A stretch of 64,000 nucleotides of DNA from assembly GCA_905234185.1 (NCBI GenBank), contig CAJOGC010000001.1:31765-95764 (forward strand), written 5' to 3'. Position numbers and translations under genes: made by a program. The notes beneath the pieces are model-generated. The model had not been told where the DNA came from and searched no databases. It worked only from the letters and a program-made list of their open reading frames with translations. Below are positions 48,544-58,804 of this stretch, one piece after another. The first letter of the stretch is position 1, and every line of letters begins with the position of its first letter. The DNA is from an uncultured Alphaproteobacteria bacterium. Its GTDB lineage: Bacteria > Pseudomonadota > Alphaproteobacteria > Rs-D84.

Positions 48544-48695
48544 GCTTGAGGATCGCGAACGACGTCATGGATGCCACATTTTCACAATTGTGTTTGGGGA
48601 AATAATTTTTACAAAAGCGCAAAGAATAAAGTTCAAATAATGTGTGCCAGCTTTCGCCAGCACTACTTTATTATATTTGAATTTTGAACTTTAAA

Positions 48696-50270
48696 TCACT
48701 CTTCCACTTCAATACTATCAATATAGGTCTGTTTTACCGGTGCCAATTTTACAGGTTTGTAATTTTCAGCGACAATCGGGTCACGGTCGTCTTCGGGCAA
48801 GACTGTCACGACATCGACCAGTTGCGCATTTGTTTGCGCGGTCATATTTGCGCCATATGTTTTTGATTTATATTTCCCGCGCAGCCGTTCCGGTATCGTG
48901 ATATAGTTCATCGGGTTCACACCGCGTGTTTGCAGTGACAATTCGCCCATTGGCGTAATATGACGCTGTTCAATATTATAAAGTGGTGTCATAAAGTCCG
49001 TTACGGCTTCCCTTACAACTTTGATTTCCCCATCACCAGTCAGTTGCATAATGCGCAATGCGCGTTCACTTTCGCCGGTCGGACGCAAACGCACCGCCCC
49101 ATCGTTTCCCGTGTATCCCGACGGGTCCAACAAATATGCCGCGTTTAATTTATCGGAATACATCATACCAATTGCCATGTTTGTTGCATCATAACCAAAC
49201 GAAGCCAAACGATTCGGTTTTGCCCCCGCAACGCGTTCATATTTTGAAACAAACATTTCATTTATTTCCGGCAACGCGGCATATTTTGCACCCGACAAAG
49301 TTATGTCCAGCGCAATATCCGCGCCGTCCCACATTGCCGTTCCATACATTTTTGCATCGTGCGCCCCCACCCCGAAATAGCGCAAGAACGATGCCAACGA
49401 TTTCGTATCGTCACCCGTTCCCAGGAACAAAACCGCATCATACGGCAAATCACCAATCACATCATTCTTAGATAACTTATCCAACTGGCGAATAATGGAC
49501 GAACGTTCGATTGACGTTAAACTTTCATTGGTTAAAACATCTGATAAAATCTCACGCGCCCGTGTGTGTGCCGCAGTCCGCGCCACATTCATTGTTGCCA
49601 ATTGTGTTGCAGACTTAATCGAATCCGAATCTTTTTCAACATAGAAAAATACACCGACCAATGGCACATTATATGCATCCGCCGCCGCACGTGCCGCCCC
49701 CGCCAGTAAATGTCCTGTTTCGGTATCCGGTGCCAAGATTATGAAATTGTGCACCTTGTCCGTCTGCATCTCACGAACTATTGCCTCTACACTATTCGTC
49801 GGCATTAATGCCATTGTCATAACGCCATCACCAACCGCCGTTGCATCCGAAGTAAACGATAACACCGGCAGCCCCATCGGCTTTAATTCCCGCACCGTGC
49901 GCGCATCATTCGCGAACAATGGCCCGACAATGATTTCCGGGTCTGAATTCAATGCATCATTAATGGCGTCCGCCCCACGCGCCGAATCAAAGAAAGACAC
50001 ATTCAGGTTTTTCGCCCCGGTTTCCAACACCGCCATTTCAACAGATGTTCGTATGCCGCGTCCCGCAACCGCCGCATCACCCGACGATGGCAACAACACC
50101 GCCATACGGTGCGATGATGAATCGGTAAATGTTCCGTACATTGCCGCCGGCGTTGTTGTTGCATCATTTTGTTCCACCGACCAGCGCCCCCCAACACCAC
50201 CACAGGCCGCCAACAACCCACAAAGTGCTAAATATCCGAAAATATTTTTTATATGCATTGAAAAATCCAT
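48696..50270 (-). CDS. Penicillin-binding protein activator LpoA/LppC-like lipoprotein
   Basis: Lipobox LAAC; AVLLP.SG..A..G, IIVGPLF, LA.FGYDA, G.DG..R....G..ER; divergent from rsmI. Confidence 0.8.
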   Translation of the reverse strand: MDFSMHIKNIFGYLALCGLLAACGGVGGRWSVEQNDATTTPAAMYGTFTDSSSHRMAVLLPSSGDAAVAGRGIRTSVEMAVLETGAKNLNVSFFDSARGADAINDALNSDPEIIVGPLFANDARTVRELKPMGLPVLSFTSDATAVGDGVMTMALMPTNSVEAIVREMQTDKVHNFIILAPDTETGHLLAGAARAAADAYNVPLVGVFFYVEKDSDSIKSATQLATMNVARTAAHTRAREILSDVLTNESLTSIERSSIIRQLDKLSKNDVIGDLPYDAVLFLGTGDDTKSLASFLRYFGVGAHDAKMYGTAMWDGADIALDITLSGAKYAALPEINEMFVSKYERVAGAKPNRLASFGYDATNMAIGMMYSDKLNAAYLLDPSGYTGNDGAVRLRPTGESERALRIMQLTGDGEIKVVREAVTDFMTPLYNIEQRHITPMGELSLQTRGVNPMNYITIPERLRGKYKSKTYGANMTAQTNAQLVDVVTVLPEDDRDPIVAENYKPVKLAPVKQTYIDSIEVEE

Positions 50271-50306
50271 TTATTTCTGTATTATTTTACTATAAAGGAT
50301 ATAAAA

Positions 50307-51107
50307 ATGCAATCGGGGCTTTATATTGTTGGAACACCTATTGGAAACCTGGGCGATATGTCGCCACGTGCGGTTGAGATTCTGCGCAGTGTTGATTTAA
50401 TTGCCGCCGAAGACACACGCGTATTCGGTAAACTGGCATCGCATTTTGATATAAAAACCAAACGCATATCGCACCACGACCACAACGAACGCGATATTGT
50501 CCCTGATCTGATTGAAAAATTGCGTAACGGCGAATCAATCGCGGTGGTAAGTGACGCCGGCATGCCGGGAATCAGCGACCCCGGATTTCGCCTTGTGCGC
50601 ACCGCCCGCGCAGAAAAAATTCCGGTATTTGTCGTTCCCGGTCCAACCGCGGTAATTTCTGCACTGGTTTTGTCTGGATTTCCAACCGACCGATTTACAT
50701 TTTGCGGTTTCTATGATCCAAAGAAAATTCACGATGACAACCGTATTCGCCACACTATAATTTATTATGAAAGTCCAAACCGAATAATGGACACAATTGC
50801 CGATTTAGCACGCGTAATGCCCGAACGACAAATTGCGATTGTTCGTGAAATAACCAAAATTCACGAAGAAACGATTATCGGATATCCGGCGGATTTAATG
50901 CATATAGAGCCGCCACGTGGCGAAATTGTAATTGTTATCGCGCCCGCCCCCGAACATAAAATGTCGGACAGTGAAATTACAGAAATTGTTAATGATATTG
51001 CGTCCGCATCCACTAAATCGGCGGCGGTCGACTTGGCGCGCCGCACCGGTATATCAAAAAAAGAGGCATACAAACGCATGTTAAATCATGGGGGCGACAA
51101 TGATTAA
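50307..51107 (+). CDS. rsmI: 16S rRNA (cytidine1402-2'-O)-methyltransferase
   Basis: LYIVGTPIGNL.D, AEDTR, VSDAGMP.ISDPG, YESP.R, REITK.HEE. Confidence 0.96.
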   Translation: MQSGLYIVGTPIGNLGDMSPRAVEILRSVDLIAAEDTRVFGKLASHFDIKTKRISHHDHNERDIVPDLIEKLRNGESIAVVSDAGMPGISDPGFRLVRTARAEKIPVFVVPGPTAVISALVLSGFPTDRFTFCGFYDPKKIHDDNRIRHTIIYYESPNRIMDTIADLARVMPERQIAIVREITKIHEETIIGYPADLMHIEPPRGEIVIVIAPAPEHKMSDSEITEIVNDIASASTKSAAVDLARRTGISKKEAYKRMLNHGGDND

Positions 51108-51654
51108 GTTTGTGGGCGGTTTTGATACTGTTAAATCTTTACCCAAAACACAGTTTGCCGAATACGCCTTTGTCGGGCGCAGCAATGTTGGCAAATCTTC
51201 ATTAATAAACGCGATTGTCGGCGAAAAGATTGCACGCACATCAAACACCCCGGGGCGCACCCAGACATTAAACCTGTTCAATATAGACGACCGTGTAATG
51301 ATTGTTGACCTGCCCGGCTATGGCTATGCCCGTATTTCCAAGGTCGATGCTCTGCGTTGGTTGGAAAGACTGGAAGAATATTTAACCACCCGCCGACAAC
51401 TAAAAAGATTGTTCGTTTTGATTGATTCACGAATTGGTCCACGCGATTCTGATTTGGAATTAATGGAATTCTGTGACGAAAATGCGATTCAATATCAAAT
51501 TGTTTATACCAAGACGGACAAACGCATTCGCGAAAAGAATCAATTGAAAATCGAACATATTCATCACGGTGCAATGGTATCCGACATAATTGAAACATCG
51601 GCTGAAAAGAAAACCGGCATTGAAAGTCTAAGGAAAATCATTGGTATCAAATAA
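51100..51654 (+). CDS. engB: Ribosome biogenesis GTPase YihA/YsxC
   Basis: AFVGRSNVGKSSLIN, S.TPGRTQ, VDLPGYGYA, TKTDK. Confidence 0.95.
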   Translation: MIKFVGGFDTVKSLPKTQFAEYAFVGRSNVGKSSLINAIVGEKIARTSNTPGRTQTLNLFNIDDRVMIVDLPGYGYARISKVDALRWLERLEEYLTTRRQLKRLFVLIDSRIGPRDSDLELMEFCDENAIQYQIVYTKTDKRIREKNQLKIEHIHHGAMVSDIIETSAEKKTGIESLRKIIGIK

Positions 51655-54190
51655 GAATATTTTTACCGCATCAAATCCGGCGCGTATGTTGGACGCCCTG
51701 TGGAAAACCATTGAGGCATCGGGTGTGCCACTGGAATCAACATTGATTTTTTTACCAAGTCGCCGCGCAGTTCGCACTGTGGAACAAATGCTGGTCCAAA
51801 AACACGGGCATGCAATAATATTGCCACACCTGGTTGCACTTGGCGAAGGTGTTGATGAAACAGATGAATATGAACCCGCACAAACGGACACTATTTCAAA
51901 CACAGAACGCGTTGTTATACTCGCTAAGATATTATCAATGGATGCCAATATTGGAAACATATCGACCGCGCTGCCCGTGGCACACGATTTAATTCGTATG
52001 ACAGACTATCTCGAAAACGAAGGGATAGATATTGCAAAAATTAATTGGTCCGAATTAATCGATGAAAAATATTCTGAACATTTTCGTGGCAAGGCGCAGA
52101 TACTTGAAATATTATCTAAAAATATGCCCGCAATTACCCACAATCGCATGACAACAACGGCAAAACGTAATGCGGACATTCGTGAATGGATTTCGTTTTT
52201 ACAATCAAGAAACAATAAATACAAATCTGTAATTGTCTGTGGTTCCACCGCCAGTGTTCCCGCAACCGCGGATTTAATGGTGGCCATTGCTGAATTGCCT
52301 TTTGGTAAAATTATACTGTCCGGAAAAATCGCTGGACGCGAAAAAGACTTTGTTCTGCCAACCAATCCATATTATTCCGAATACAAATTCCTGACACGTA
52401 TCGGATGCACACCGTCCCATATCCAACCCATTGATGTCGGCCAATCTGACACTATTGATTTTATGAACGCGGCATTTGGCAATGATCCAACTAAGCCAAA
52501 TAATCCGGATGCGGTTTCTCATTGTCATTTAATAGAATGCGATCGCGAAAGTGTTGAAGCGTGCGCTGTTGCGGAAATCACTGCACGCGCAATCAAAGGC
52601 AATAAATCTGTTTTGGTAATAACGCCCGATGCCGCCGGGAACCAACGAATTGCCGCCGCGTTTGCTGCGCAAAACATACCGGCCGATTTTTCGGGTGGAA
52701 CACCAGCAACGATGCATCCTGTGGGACGCGCAATATTGAATTTATTTGATGATTGGATTGAAAAGAAATCAAATACATTCAACGAAATCTATACTGCGGA
52801 AAACCACAATTTATTTACAACAATTGTCAAATTAGTAGATGCGCGTCGTGATATTTGGGCACCGCAATTTAATCCAACGGACGAAACAAACATGCCCATA
52901 TGGACAGCAATCCGCGACATGTCAAACGCACTAATCAATAATGGAATCGAACTAAATGTGATGGATGCGCGCGCATTTATTGCGGACACATTATCTGGTG
53001 TTGTCATACGCGCAATCCCGGCAAACAATGTACATACATGCGTATTGGGGACAATAGAATCGCGCATGCAAACGGCCGATGTTGTGATCTTAACAGGTCT
53101 TAACGATGGAATGTTTCCATCGCGCGGATATGAAAATTCATGGTTGCCACGAAATATATCTGAAAAGATAGGTTTGCCGTCACCAGACCGAAAAGTATCA
53201 TTGATGTCACTTGACTTTATGAATTTGTCATGTGGGGCGGATGTATATTGGTTGCGCAGCAAAATATCTGGTGGAATTAAAACACCTGAATCACGCTTTC
53301 TTTCGCGTGTTGCGGCGCGTGGCGGAAATTTTGATACAAATGTTGCATCCGACATATTGTCTGTTGTCCACGAACAAGATGATGTTGAATTACAACCATT
53401 AAATTATTCTGCCCCGACACCACCCGCCGATTGGACGGACGTTTATGTCACAGAACTAGAATTACTTATACACAATCCATATGCATTTTATGCCCGCCAT
53501 ATATTACGGCTGTATCCGATTGATGATTATTGGGCCGAACCAGACGCCCGCCGTTTTGGTGATTTAGTTCACGATGTGGCTAAAAACGCAAAACCATGTG
53601 ATACCACCGAAACACTTGTTTCGCGCATGGATTCGATGGCACATGATATATTGGGAACAAACGGTGTGCTGTTTCATTTTTGGCACAAACGTTTTCTTGA
53701 AATTGCCCCATTTATCTTAGACGAAGTAAAAGCAACCCCAGATGCAGACTGTGAAATACCAGGCGAAGTCAAAATCCCCGTTGGCGATACCGGCGCAACC
53801 CGCACCGTTCGTGCACGCGCAGACCGCATTACAGACGGCGTTGTTATGGATATAAAAACGGGTGGCGCACCAACAAAATCGCAATTAATGGACGGCAATA
53901 TGCCACAATTACCACTAGAAGCATTCATGTTGCAATCTGGTGGATTCAAAATATCAACAACCATACGCAGCAAAACACCAATTATGGTATTTTTGCAATT
54001 ACGCAATAACGATGTCGCGCGAATTGAATATGATGCCGAAACAACACAACAAATGATTGATGCCGCCGTGGAAAAAACAACCGCATTATTTAATATGTAC
54101 ACGGCCGGAAACGCGCCATACGAATATCACGAAACCGGTGACATTCGGTACAAAGTGTACGATGATCTTGCACGAATTGACGATTTATAA
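51641..54190 (+). CDS. addB: Double-strand break repair protein AddB (PD-(D/E)XK nuclease)
   Basis: IFLPSRRA, GSTAS.PAT..L, LVITPD, LG..E.R, GLNDG.FP, L..NPY..YA..IL.L, RADRI...DIKTG, QLPLEA. Confidence 0.85.
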   Translation: MVSNKNIFTASNPARMLDALWKTIEASGVPLESTLIFLPSRRAVRTVEQMLVQKHGHAIILPHLVALGEGVDETDEYEPAQTDTISNTERVVILAKILSMDANIGNISTALPVAHDLIRMTDYLENEGIDIAKINWSELIDEKYSEHFRGKAQILEILSKNMPAITHNRMTTTAKRNADIREWISFLQSRNNKYKSVIVCGSTASVPATADLMVAIAELPFGKIILSGKIAGREKDFVLPTNPYYSEYKFLTRIGCTPSHIQPIDVGQSDTIDFMNAAFGNDPTKPNNPDAVSHCHLIECDRESVEACAVAEITARAIKGNKSVLVITPDAAGNQRIAAAFAAQNIPADFSGGTPATMHPVGRAILNLFDDWIEKKSNTFNEIYTAENHNLFTTIVKLVDARRDIWAPQFNPTDETNMPIWTAIRDMSNALINNGIELNVMDARAFIADTLSGVVIRAIPANNVHTCVLGTIESRMQTADVVILTGLNDGMFPSRGYENSWLPRNISEKIGLPSPDRKVSLMSLDFMNLSCGADVYWLRSKISGGIKTPESRFLSRVAARGGNFDTNVASDILSVVHEQDDVELQPLNYSAPTPPADWTDVYVTELELLIHNPYAFYARHILRLYPIDDYWAEPDARRFGDLVHDVAKNAKPCDTTETLVSRMDSMAHDILGTNGVLFHFWHKRFLEIAPFILDEVKATPDADCEIPGEVKIPVGDTGATRTVRARADRITDGVVMDIKTGGAPTKSQLMDGNMPQLPLEAFMLQSGGFKISTTIRSKTPIMVFLQLRNNDVARIEYDAETTQQMIDAAVEKTTALFNMYTAGNAPYEYHETGDIRYKVYDDLARIDDL

Positions 54191-54198
54191 TATTCCGG

Positions 54199-54969
54199 TT
54201 ATTTCAATTTAAGCATCAAACCACAATGATCGGTCGGACGATTGGCCATGCGTGGGCACATATCTATTTCACAATTTGCAACCAGCGCACCCGCGGTCCG
54301 ATTACAAAGAAAATAATCCAAACGCAAACCCTGGCCATTGCCAACTGTATCACGCCCCCGATACCCATACCAAGTATACCCCGTATCATCCGGGTGTAAT
54401 TTACGCCACGCGTCCGTCCACCCCGAATTCAGCCACGACTGCATAATACTGCGTGCCGCCGGTGCCGCAATCGCAATACCCTCATAATTTTTCGGTTTCC
54501 AAACATCTCGATCTGTTAGTGCGACATTGAAATCCCCACCAATAATAACAGGTTCTTCGCTATCCAGATATCGGGCAATATATTCACCAAACGCACGCAT
54601 CCAATCCAATTTATATGGGAACTTTGGCGAATCAACCGTATCACCATTTGGCATATAAACATTTATTAGACGATATTGTCCATCGATTACACACTCTAAA
54701 AATCGGGCCGACGCATCGGCAAAATTAGGTAATCCGCGTGTCACATCTTCGATAGAAAAACGGGAAAAAACAGCAACCCCATTATAACTTTTCTGTCCAA
54801 AAACCTTGATATTATATCCATATTCATCAAACAAGTTATGCGGGAAAGACGCGTCTTCGACCTTTAATTCTTGGATCATAACCACATCATATTCGCCACC
54901 ACGCAAAATATCTAAAAAACTCTCTGCATGTGCCCGTATAGAATTGATATTTAATGTTAGTATTTTCAT
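54199..54969 (-). CDS. xth: Exodeoxyribonuclease III
   Basis: N.NSIR, QELK, YNGVA, Y.PNG, GDFN.A, GLRLDY, DH. Confidence 0.94.
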   Translation of the reverse strand: MKILTLNINSIRAHAESFLDILRGGEYDVVMIQELKVEDASFPHNLFDEYGYNIKVFGQKSYNGVAVFSRFSIEDVTRGLPNFADASARFLECVIDGQYRLINVYMPNGDTVDSPKFPYKLDWMRAFGEYIARYLDSEEPVIIGGDFNVALTDRDVWKPKNYEGIAIAAPAARSIMQSWLNSGWTDAWRKLHPDDTGYTWYGYRGRDTVGNGQGLRLDYFLCNRTAGALVANCEIDMCPRMANRPTDHCGLMLKLK

Positions 54970-55037
54970 GTTGGAAATCCATTTGATTATGTATTATAAT
55001 ACCCCCAACAGATTATTAAAAACAAGGATTTTATATC

Positions 55038-56618
55038 ATGAATATGTACAAGTTTTTGGAAAACACTGTTTCGCAGTTCCCAGATAGTTTATTTCTGGTT
55101 CGCGAAAAAGTCACATATGCCGATTTTATAGAATTGGTTAAAGCACGCGCCGCATCATTGCACAAAGCTGGTATTAAGTCGGGTGATGTCGTCGGTATTC
55201 TGTCACATAATATTCCAGAGTTCCCAATAACATTATTCGCAATTTGGTATTTGGGTGGTCGTGTATTGATGTTGGACACAAACCTAACACCATTTGAATA
55301 TGACAACATGACAAGCATCACAGATTGCCGTTTTGTTTGTGCTGAAGAATCATTTTTCTATAAAACGAAAAACTTTACATTTTATGACATTACCAAGAAA
55401 GACGGCAAACCAAATCCAGATTTGGAACCGGCTGCTGTTGAATCGTTGGATATCGCGACCCTGTCATTTACATCTGGTTCAACAGGAACACCGAAGATTG
55501 TACCATTAACACATTTTAATTTAATCGAGTGTGCGCATTCCTTGAAAGATATGCAGGAATACATTGAACAGGGATATTACATGTATGGTTTCTTGCCAAT
55601 GTATCACATTTTCGGATTTGCTGTGGAAATATTGGCAACAATCGAATATGGGTGTGGTGTAATTTTACAACCAAGCATAAACCCAAAATTACTTATGGCA
55701 GATTTTGCAGAATTCAAACCACAAATTATACCAGCGGTACCACGTTTGTACGAAATCATCCGCAATCGTATTATTGATCAATTGAAAGCGCGCCATTTGT
55801 GGTTATTTGCTTCGATTGTATTGAAATACGGTAAGTTTTTAGAAAAGATCGGCCTTGGGTTTCTGGTACGCAAAGTCCAAGATCCTGTTCGCAACATATT
55901 TGGTGGTCGTGTCACTTTGTTGATTGCTGGTGGTGCTGCGACAAAACCAGAGGTTGAAACATTCTATGAACGCCTTGGAATGCCATTTATTCAGGGTTAT
56001 GGTATGACAGAAACGGTTGGACCAATCTGTATTTCCAAACGAACAAAAAAACGTCTGCCTTTTGCATTTGGTGCACCAACCACAAATAACGAGGTTGATA
56101 TTCGCAATAAAGATGCTGATGGCATCGGTGTTTTGTGGGTTCGTGGGCACCAGGTGTTTGACGGTTATTTGAACAACCCAGAAGTCAATGCCCAGGTATT
56201 TGATGAACATGGGTTCTTTAATACCGGTGACTTGGTATCTATGGATAAAAACGGTGAATTACATTTTGCCGGACGTAAGAAACAAGTGATTGTTCTTGAT
56301 TCTGGTAAAAATGTTTATCCAGATGAATTGGAAGCACTGTTTATGAAAATACCAGGTGTAAAAAATGTCGCCGTATTTGAACATAGACAGGACAACAAGG
56401 CTGTTGCATATGCCGTATTCAGTGTTGAAGAAGGAATGACAATTGAAAAATTGGCCACAGCGGTTGCAAATGCGAATAAAAAACTTGCGTCCTATAAATG
56501 GGTCACACATTTCGCGATGACAACGGACGATTTACCAACGACCAGCACGCAAAAGGTCAAGCACCATGTCGTGCGCCAAAACTTGATTGATGGAAAATAT
56601 CCGATTCAGAAACAGTAA
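55038..56618 (+). CDS. Long-chain fatty acid--CoA ligase / AMP-binding enzyme
   Basis: FTSGSTGTPK, LPMYHIFG, QGYGMTET, FNTGD, GRKK..IV..SGKNVYP.E.E. Confidence 0.9.
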   Translation: MNMYKFLENTVSQFPDSLFLVREKVTYADFIELVKARAASLHKAGIKSGDVVGILSHNIPEFPITLFAIWYLGGRVLMLDTNLTPFEYDNMTSITDCRFVCAEESFFYKTKNFTFYDITKKDGKPNPDLEPAAVESLDIATLSFTSGSTGTPKIVPLTHFNLIECAHSLKDMQEYIEQGYYMYGFLPMYHIFGFAVEILATIEYGCGVILQPSINPKLLMADFAEFKPQIIPAVPRLYEIIRNRIIDQLKARHLWLFASIVLKYGKFLEKIGLGFLVRKVQDPVRNIFGGRVTLLIAGGAATKPEVETFYERLGMPFIQGYGMTETVGPICISKRTKKRLPFAFGAPTTNNEVDIRNKDADGIGVLWVRGHQVFDGYLNNPEVNAQVFDEHGFFNTGDLVSMDKNGELHFAGRKKQVIVLDSGKNVYPDELEALFMKIPGVKNVAVFEHRQDNKAVAYAVFSVEEGMTIEKLATAVANANKKLASYKWVTHFAMTTDDLPTTSTQKVKHHVVRQNLIDGKYPIQKQ

Positions 56619-56620
56619 AC

Positions 56621-56647
56621 AAAAAACCGACCATTTGGTCGGTTTTT
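56621..56647. terminator. Bidirectional Rho-independent terminator
   Basis: aaaaaccgacca-t-ttggtcggttttt. Confidence 0.85.
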
Positions 56648-56670
56648 ATTTTTTCATCTTTTTTATCGTC

Positions 56671-57396
56671 CTATTCTATCACAAAACTGCGCGGATAATA
56701 ATCACTATAGAAACGTCCATCAGTGGCGGTGAATTTCAAAACACAATAGTTTGGATCGGCCACCCCGCCTGGATAATATTCTGTATCACCATCACGCCAA
56801 ATCATCTCTTTGGACTTTACATCCGTTAACACTTCCATTGTGCCACGCAACATAACCCCAATGAATTTTTCTGAATCACAGAAATATATACATGCTTTTG
56901 GATTCGCCCGGTAATGAGCCACACGCAAAGAAAAAGTATTGGTTGTAAAATAAAACACTCGTATGCCTTCACGAACGCGTGGCGACAACATCGCTTTGGT
57001 ACACGGGAACCCGTCTTGGTCAACCGATGATATAAATGTAATTGGCAATGTATCCGCCATCTTAGCGACAAGTTCTTTGACCCCTAACAAAGATGGATTT
57101 TCTGGCATATCATTTGAAATGGTTATTTGGCTGCGCCAACGTTTCAGATGCGGAAAATACATTTTCATTTGGCCGATATATTCTTCTTTTGTTATTGGGT
57201 GTTCCAGATTCTTATTAACTTCATCAATAAACCCCGCACAATGTTCTATCATTTCGTCCATAGTACAATCTTGGACAAATTTTCCGTTTTTATAACAATA
57301 AATACAATAATCTGAATTTTTGGAACCGTCCGCATTTGTTCCATAAAGCGATTCATCCGCCATCGGCATCGCACAACTTTGACAAACATGTGACAT
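56671..57396 (-). CDS. Zinc-ribbon + pyridoxamine 5'-phosphate oxidase-like (general stress protein 26) fusion
   Basis: CQSCAMPM...GTNADGS...DYC.YCY..G.F...LKRW, then SVD..GFP...FTTN..S...NPK...WR.GD..YYP.G..DP.YCVL.F. Confidence 0.85.
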   Translation of the reverse strand: MSHVCQSCAMPMADESLYGTNADGSKNSDYCIYCYKNGKFVQDCTMDEMIEHCAGFIDEVNKNLEHPITKEEYIGQMKMYFPHLKRWRSQITISNDMPENPSLLGVKELVAKMADTLPITFISSVDQDGFPCTKAMLSPRVREGIRVFYFTTNTFSLRVAHYRANPKACIYFCDSEKFIGVMLRGTMEVLTDVKSKEMIWRDGDTEYYPGGVADPNYCVLKFTATDGRFYSDYYPRSFVIE

Positions 57397-57563
57397 ATTA
57401 TGACCCTTTTTATAATACGGGAAAAGTATATATTAGTGTATCAACCCGTGTCAATTTGTTCTTGTAAATTTTGTCTTTTTCTGATATAATATCGATCGCA
57501 CATGGGGACGGTTTAGTCCCGTTTTTTATTTCCAAATTTCAACAAAAACCAAAGGAAAACAAA

Positions 57564-58049
57564 ATGTCACGACAAATACAAATTCGGCGCGGCAGCGCGG
57601 CCGAACATAGCACGTTTACCGGTGCAATCGGTGAAATCACAATGGATACAACCAATAAAACACTGCGTGTACATGACGGTGAAACCGCGGGCGGAACTCC
57701 ACTTGCGCGTGCCGATGAATTAACAGACTTGGAATCCAGCATTACACAAAATGTAATGAAAAAGATTTTACCGGACTGGTCCGCCGTTGTTGATCAAAAC
57801 ATCAACACCGACTATACCGCGGCAAAGAATGGATACCTGTTGGTATATTATGACGATTACGACGCATCATCAACAATAACAATAAATGGATCAACATATA
57901 CAATAAATGCAATAGCCACTGCCCCGGCCGGCGCCAGCAGCGGTTCCATATGCATTCCTGTTGCGGCCGGTGACACATACAGATATTCACCGGCGCGTGC
58001 CATGGGAACAATTGCAACCTATATCAAATTTATTCCGTGCCAGGAATAG
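57564..58049 (+). CDS. Orphan phage tail-fibre-like protein with an Mtd N-terminal domain
   Basis: IQIRRG..AEH..FTGA.GEITMDT....LRVHDG.T.GG; C-terminal PDW...A..NG.L...IPV..GD.Y beta-rich module. Confidence 0.7.
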   Translation: MSRQIQIRRGSAAEHSTFTGAIGEITMDTTNKTLRVHDGETAGGTPLARADELTDLESSITQNVMKKILPDWSAVVDQNINTDYTAAKNGYLLVYYDDYDASSTITINGSTYTINAIATAPAGASSGSICIPVAAGDTYRYSPARAMGTIATYIKFIPCQE

Positions 58050-58790
58050 TTATTTATTCATATAACTTGTGCGAATGCGATGCCGCATATCGTGAAACGG
58101 TATCAGTTTTATAAGAAACATTATAATTTTATGTCGCAGTGTTGTCCGCAACCGAAACTGGGCGAACAGTGGTGTAATAACCGCTGTGTCGCCTTCGGTT
58201 GTGGGACGCCCCAAATCATCAAAAGTTTTGGCGTGCACATTATATTTAACAATATTTGGTGCTAAATCCGTGCGAACAACGGACCGCTGATTTTCCATAT
58301 GTTCAATAATCATAAAATCTATGGTTTTTCCGAATTTTGCCGAAACCCGATTACACAGGTCAACAATCACATCGTTTGGTGTATTGTGCACCTGGGAAAA
58401 CCAGATTAATAAAATGCGAGATTTTTTATGCATATTATTTATAAAACGCGCAATACGGCGATTATACTTTTCGGTCACATCCGGCATTGATTCCAACAAA
58501 TTTTTCCCCGCCGGAAAATCATGATAATAATAAAAACCGTTCCGAATATTTTCATAATAATCGCATTTGTCATCGTTAAGGACATTTGGATCCTTGGGTA
58601 AAAACTTTATATCATCAATATTCAAGAAGTCAGCAAAATCAGTCAAAATAAGATTCATTCGTGTTTCAAACGACGCATTGGTCAGCCAATCGAACGGCCC
58701 CGATGTAATTCGCATTTTACATTTGTTCATATACATCGCGGTCGCACAATCACGCCCAATAGAATAAATAATATCATATGATTTATGCAT
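58050..58790 (-). CDS. DUF1796-family papain-like protein
   Basis: SIG.DC, SGPFDW, HDF, KYNRRI.RF. Confidence 0.8.
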   Translation of the reverse strand: MHKSYDIIYSIGRDCATAMYMNKCKMRITSGPFDWLTNASFETRMNLILTDFADFLNIDDIKFLPKDPNVLNDDKCDYYENIRNGFYYYHDFPAGKNLLESMPDVTEKYNRRIARFINNMHKKSRILLIWFSQVHNTPNDVIVDLCNRVSAKFGKTIDFMIIEHMENQRSVVRTDLAPNIVKYNVHAKTFDDLGRPTTEGDTAVITPLFAQFRLRTTLRHKIIMFLIKLIPFHDMRHRIRTSYMNK

Positions 58791-58804
58791 TGTTATTTTT
58801 CCTA

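Larger units (their letters stand above)
47979..48605. mobile_element. GIY-YIG nuclease cassette at the mnmE 3' end, with 29-bp inverted repeats and a 52-bp flanking direct repeat
   Basis: Direct repeats at 47979-48030 and 48554-48605 (47/52 identical, all differences synonymous). Perfect inverted repeats at 48103-48131 and 48515-48543. Confidence 0.75.

Noticed and set aside
47979..48605. The 52-bp imperfect repeat as a DGR TR/VR pair or a classical IS target-site duplication
   Set aside because: The mismatches are synonymous third positions and not adenine-specific, the repeat is too long and diverged for a TSD, and there is no transposase or RT.
57564..58049. Diversity-generating retroelement suggested by the Mtd N-terminal domain
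   Set aside because: No reverse transcriptase, Avd or adenine-mismatched TR/VR repeat pair seen in the window, and the C-terminus is not obviously a C-type lectin.
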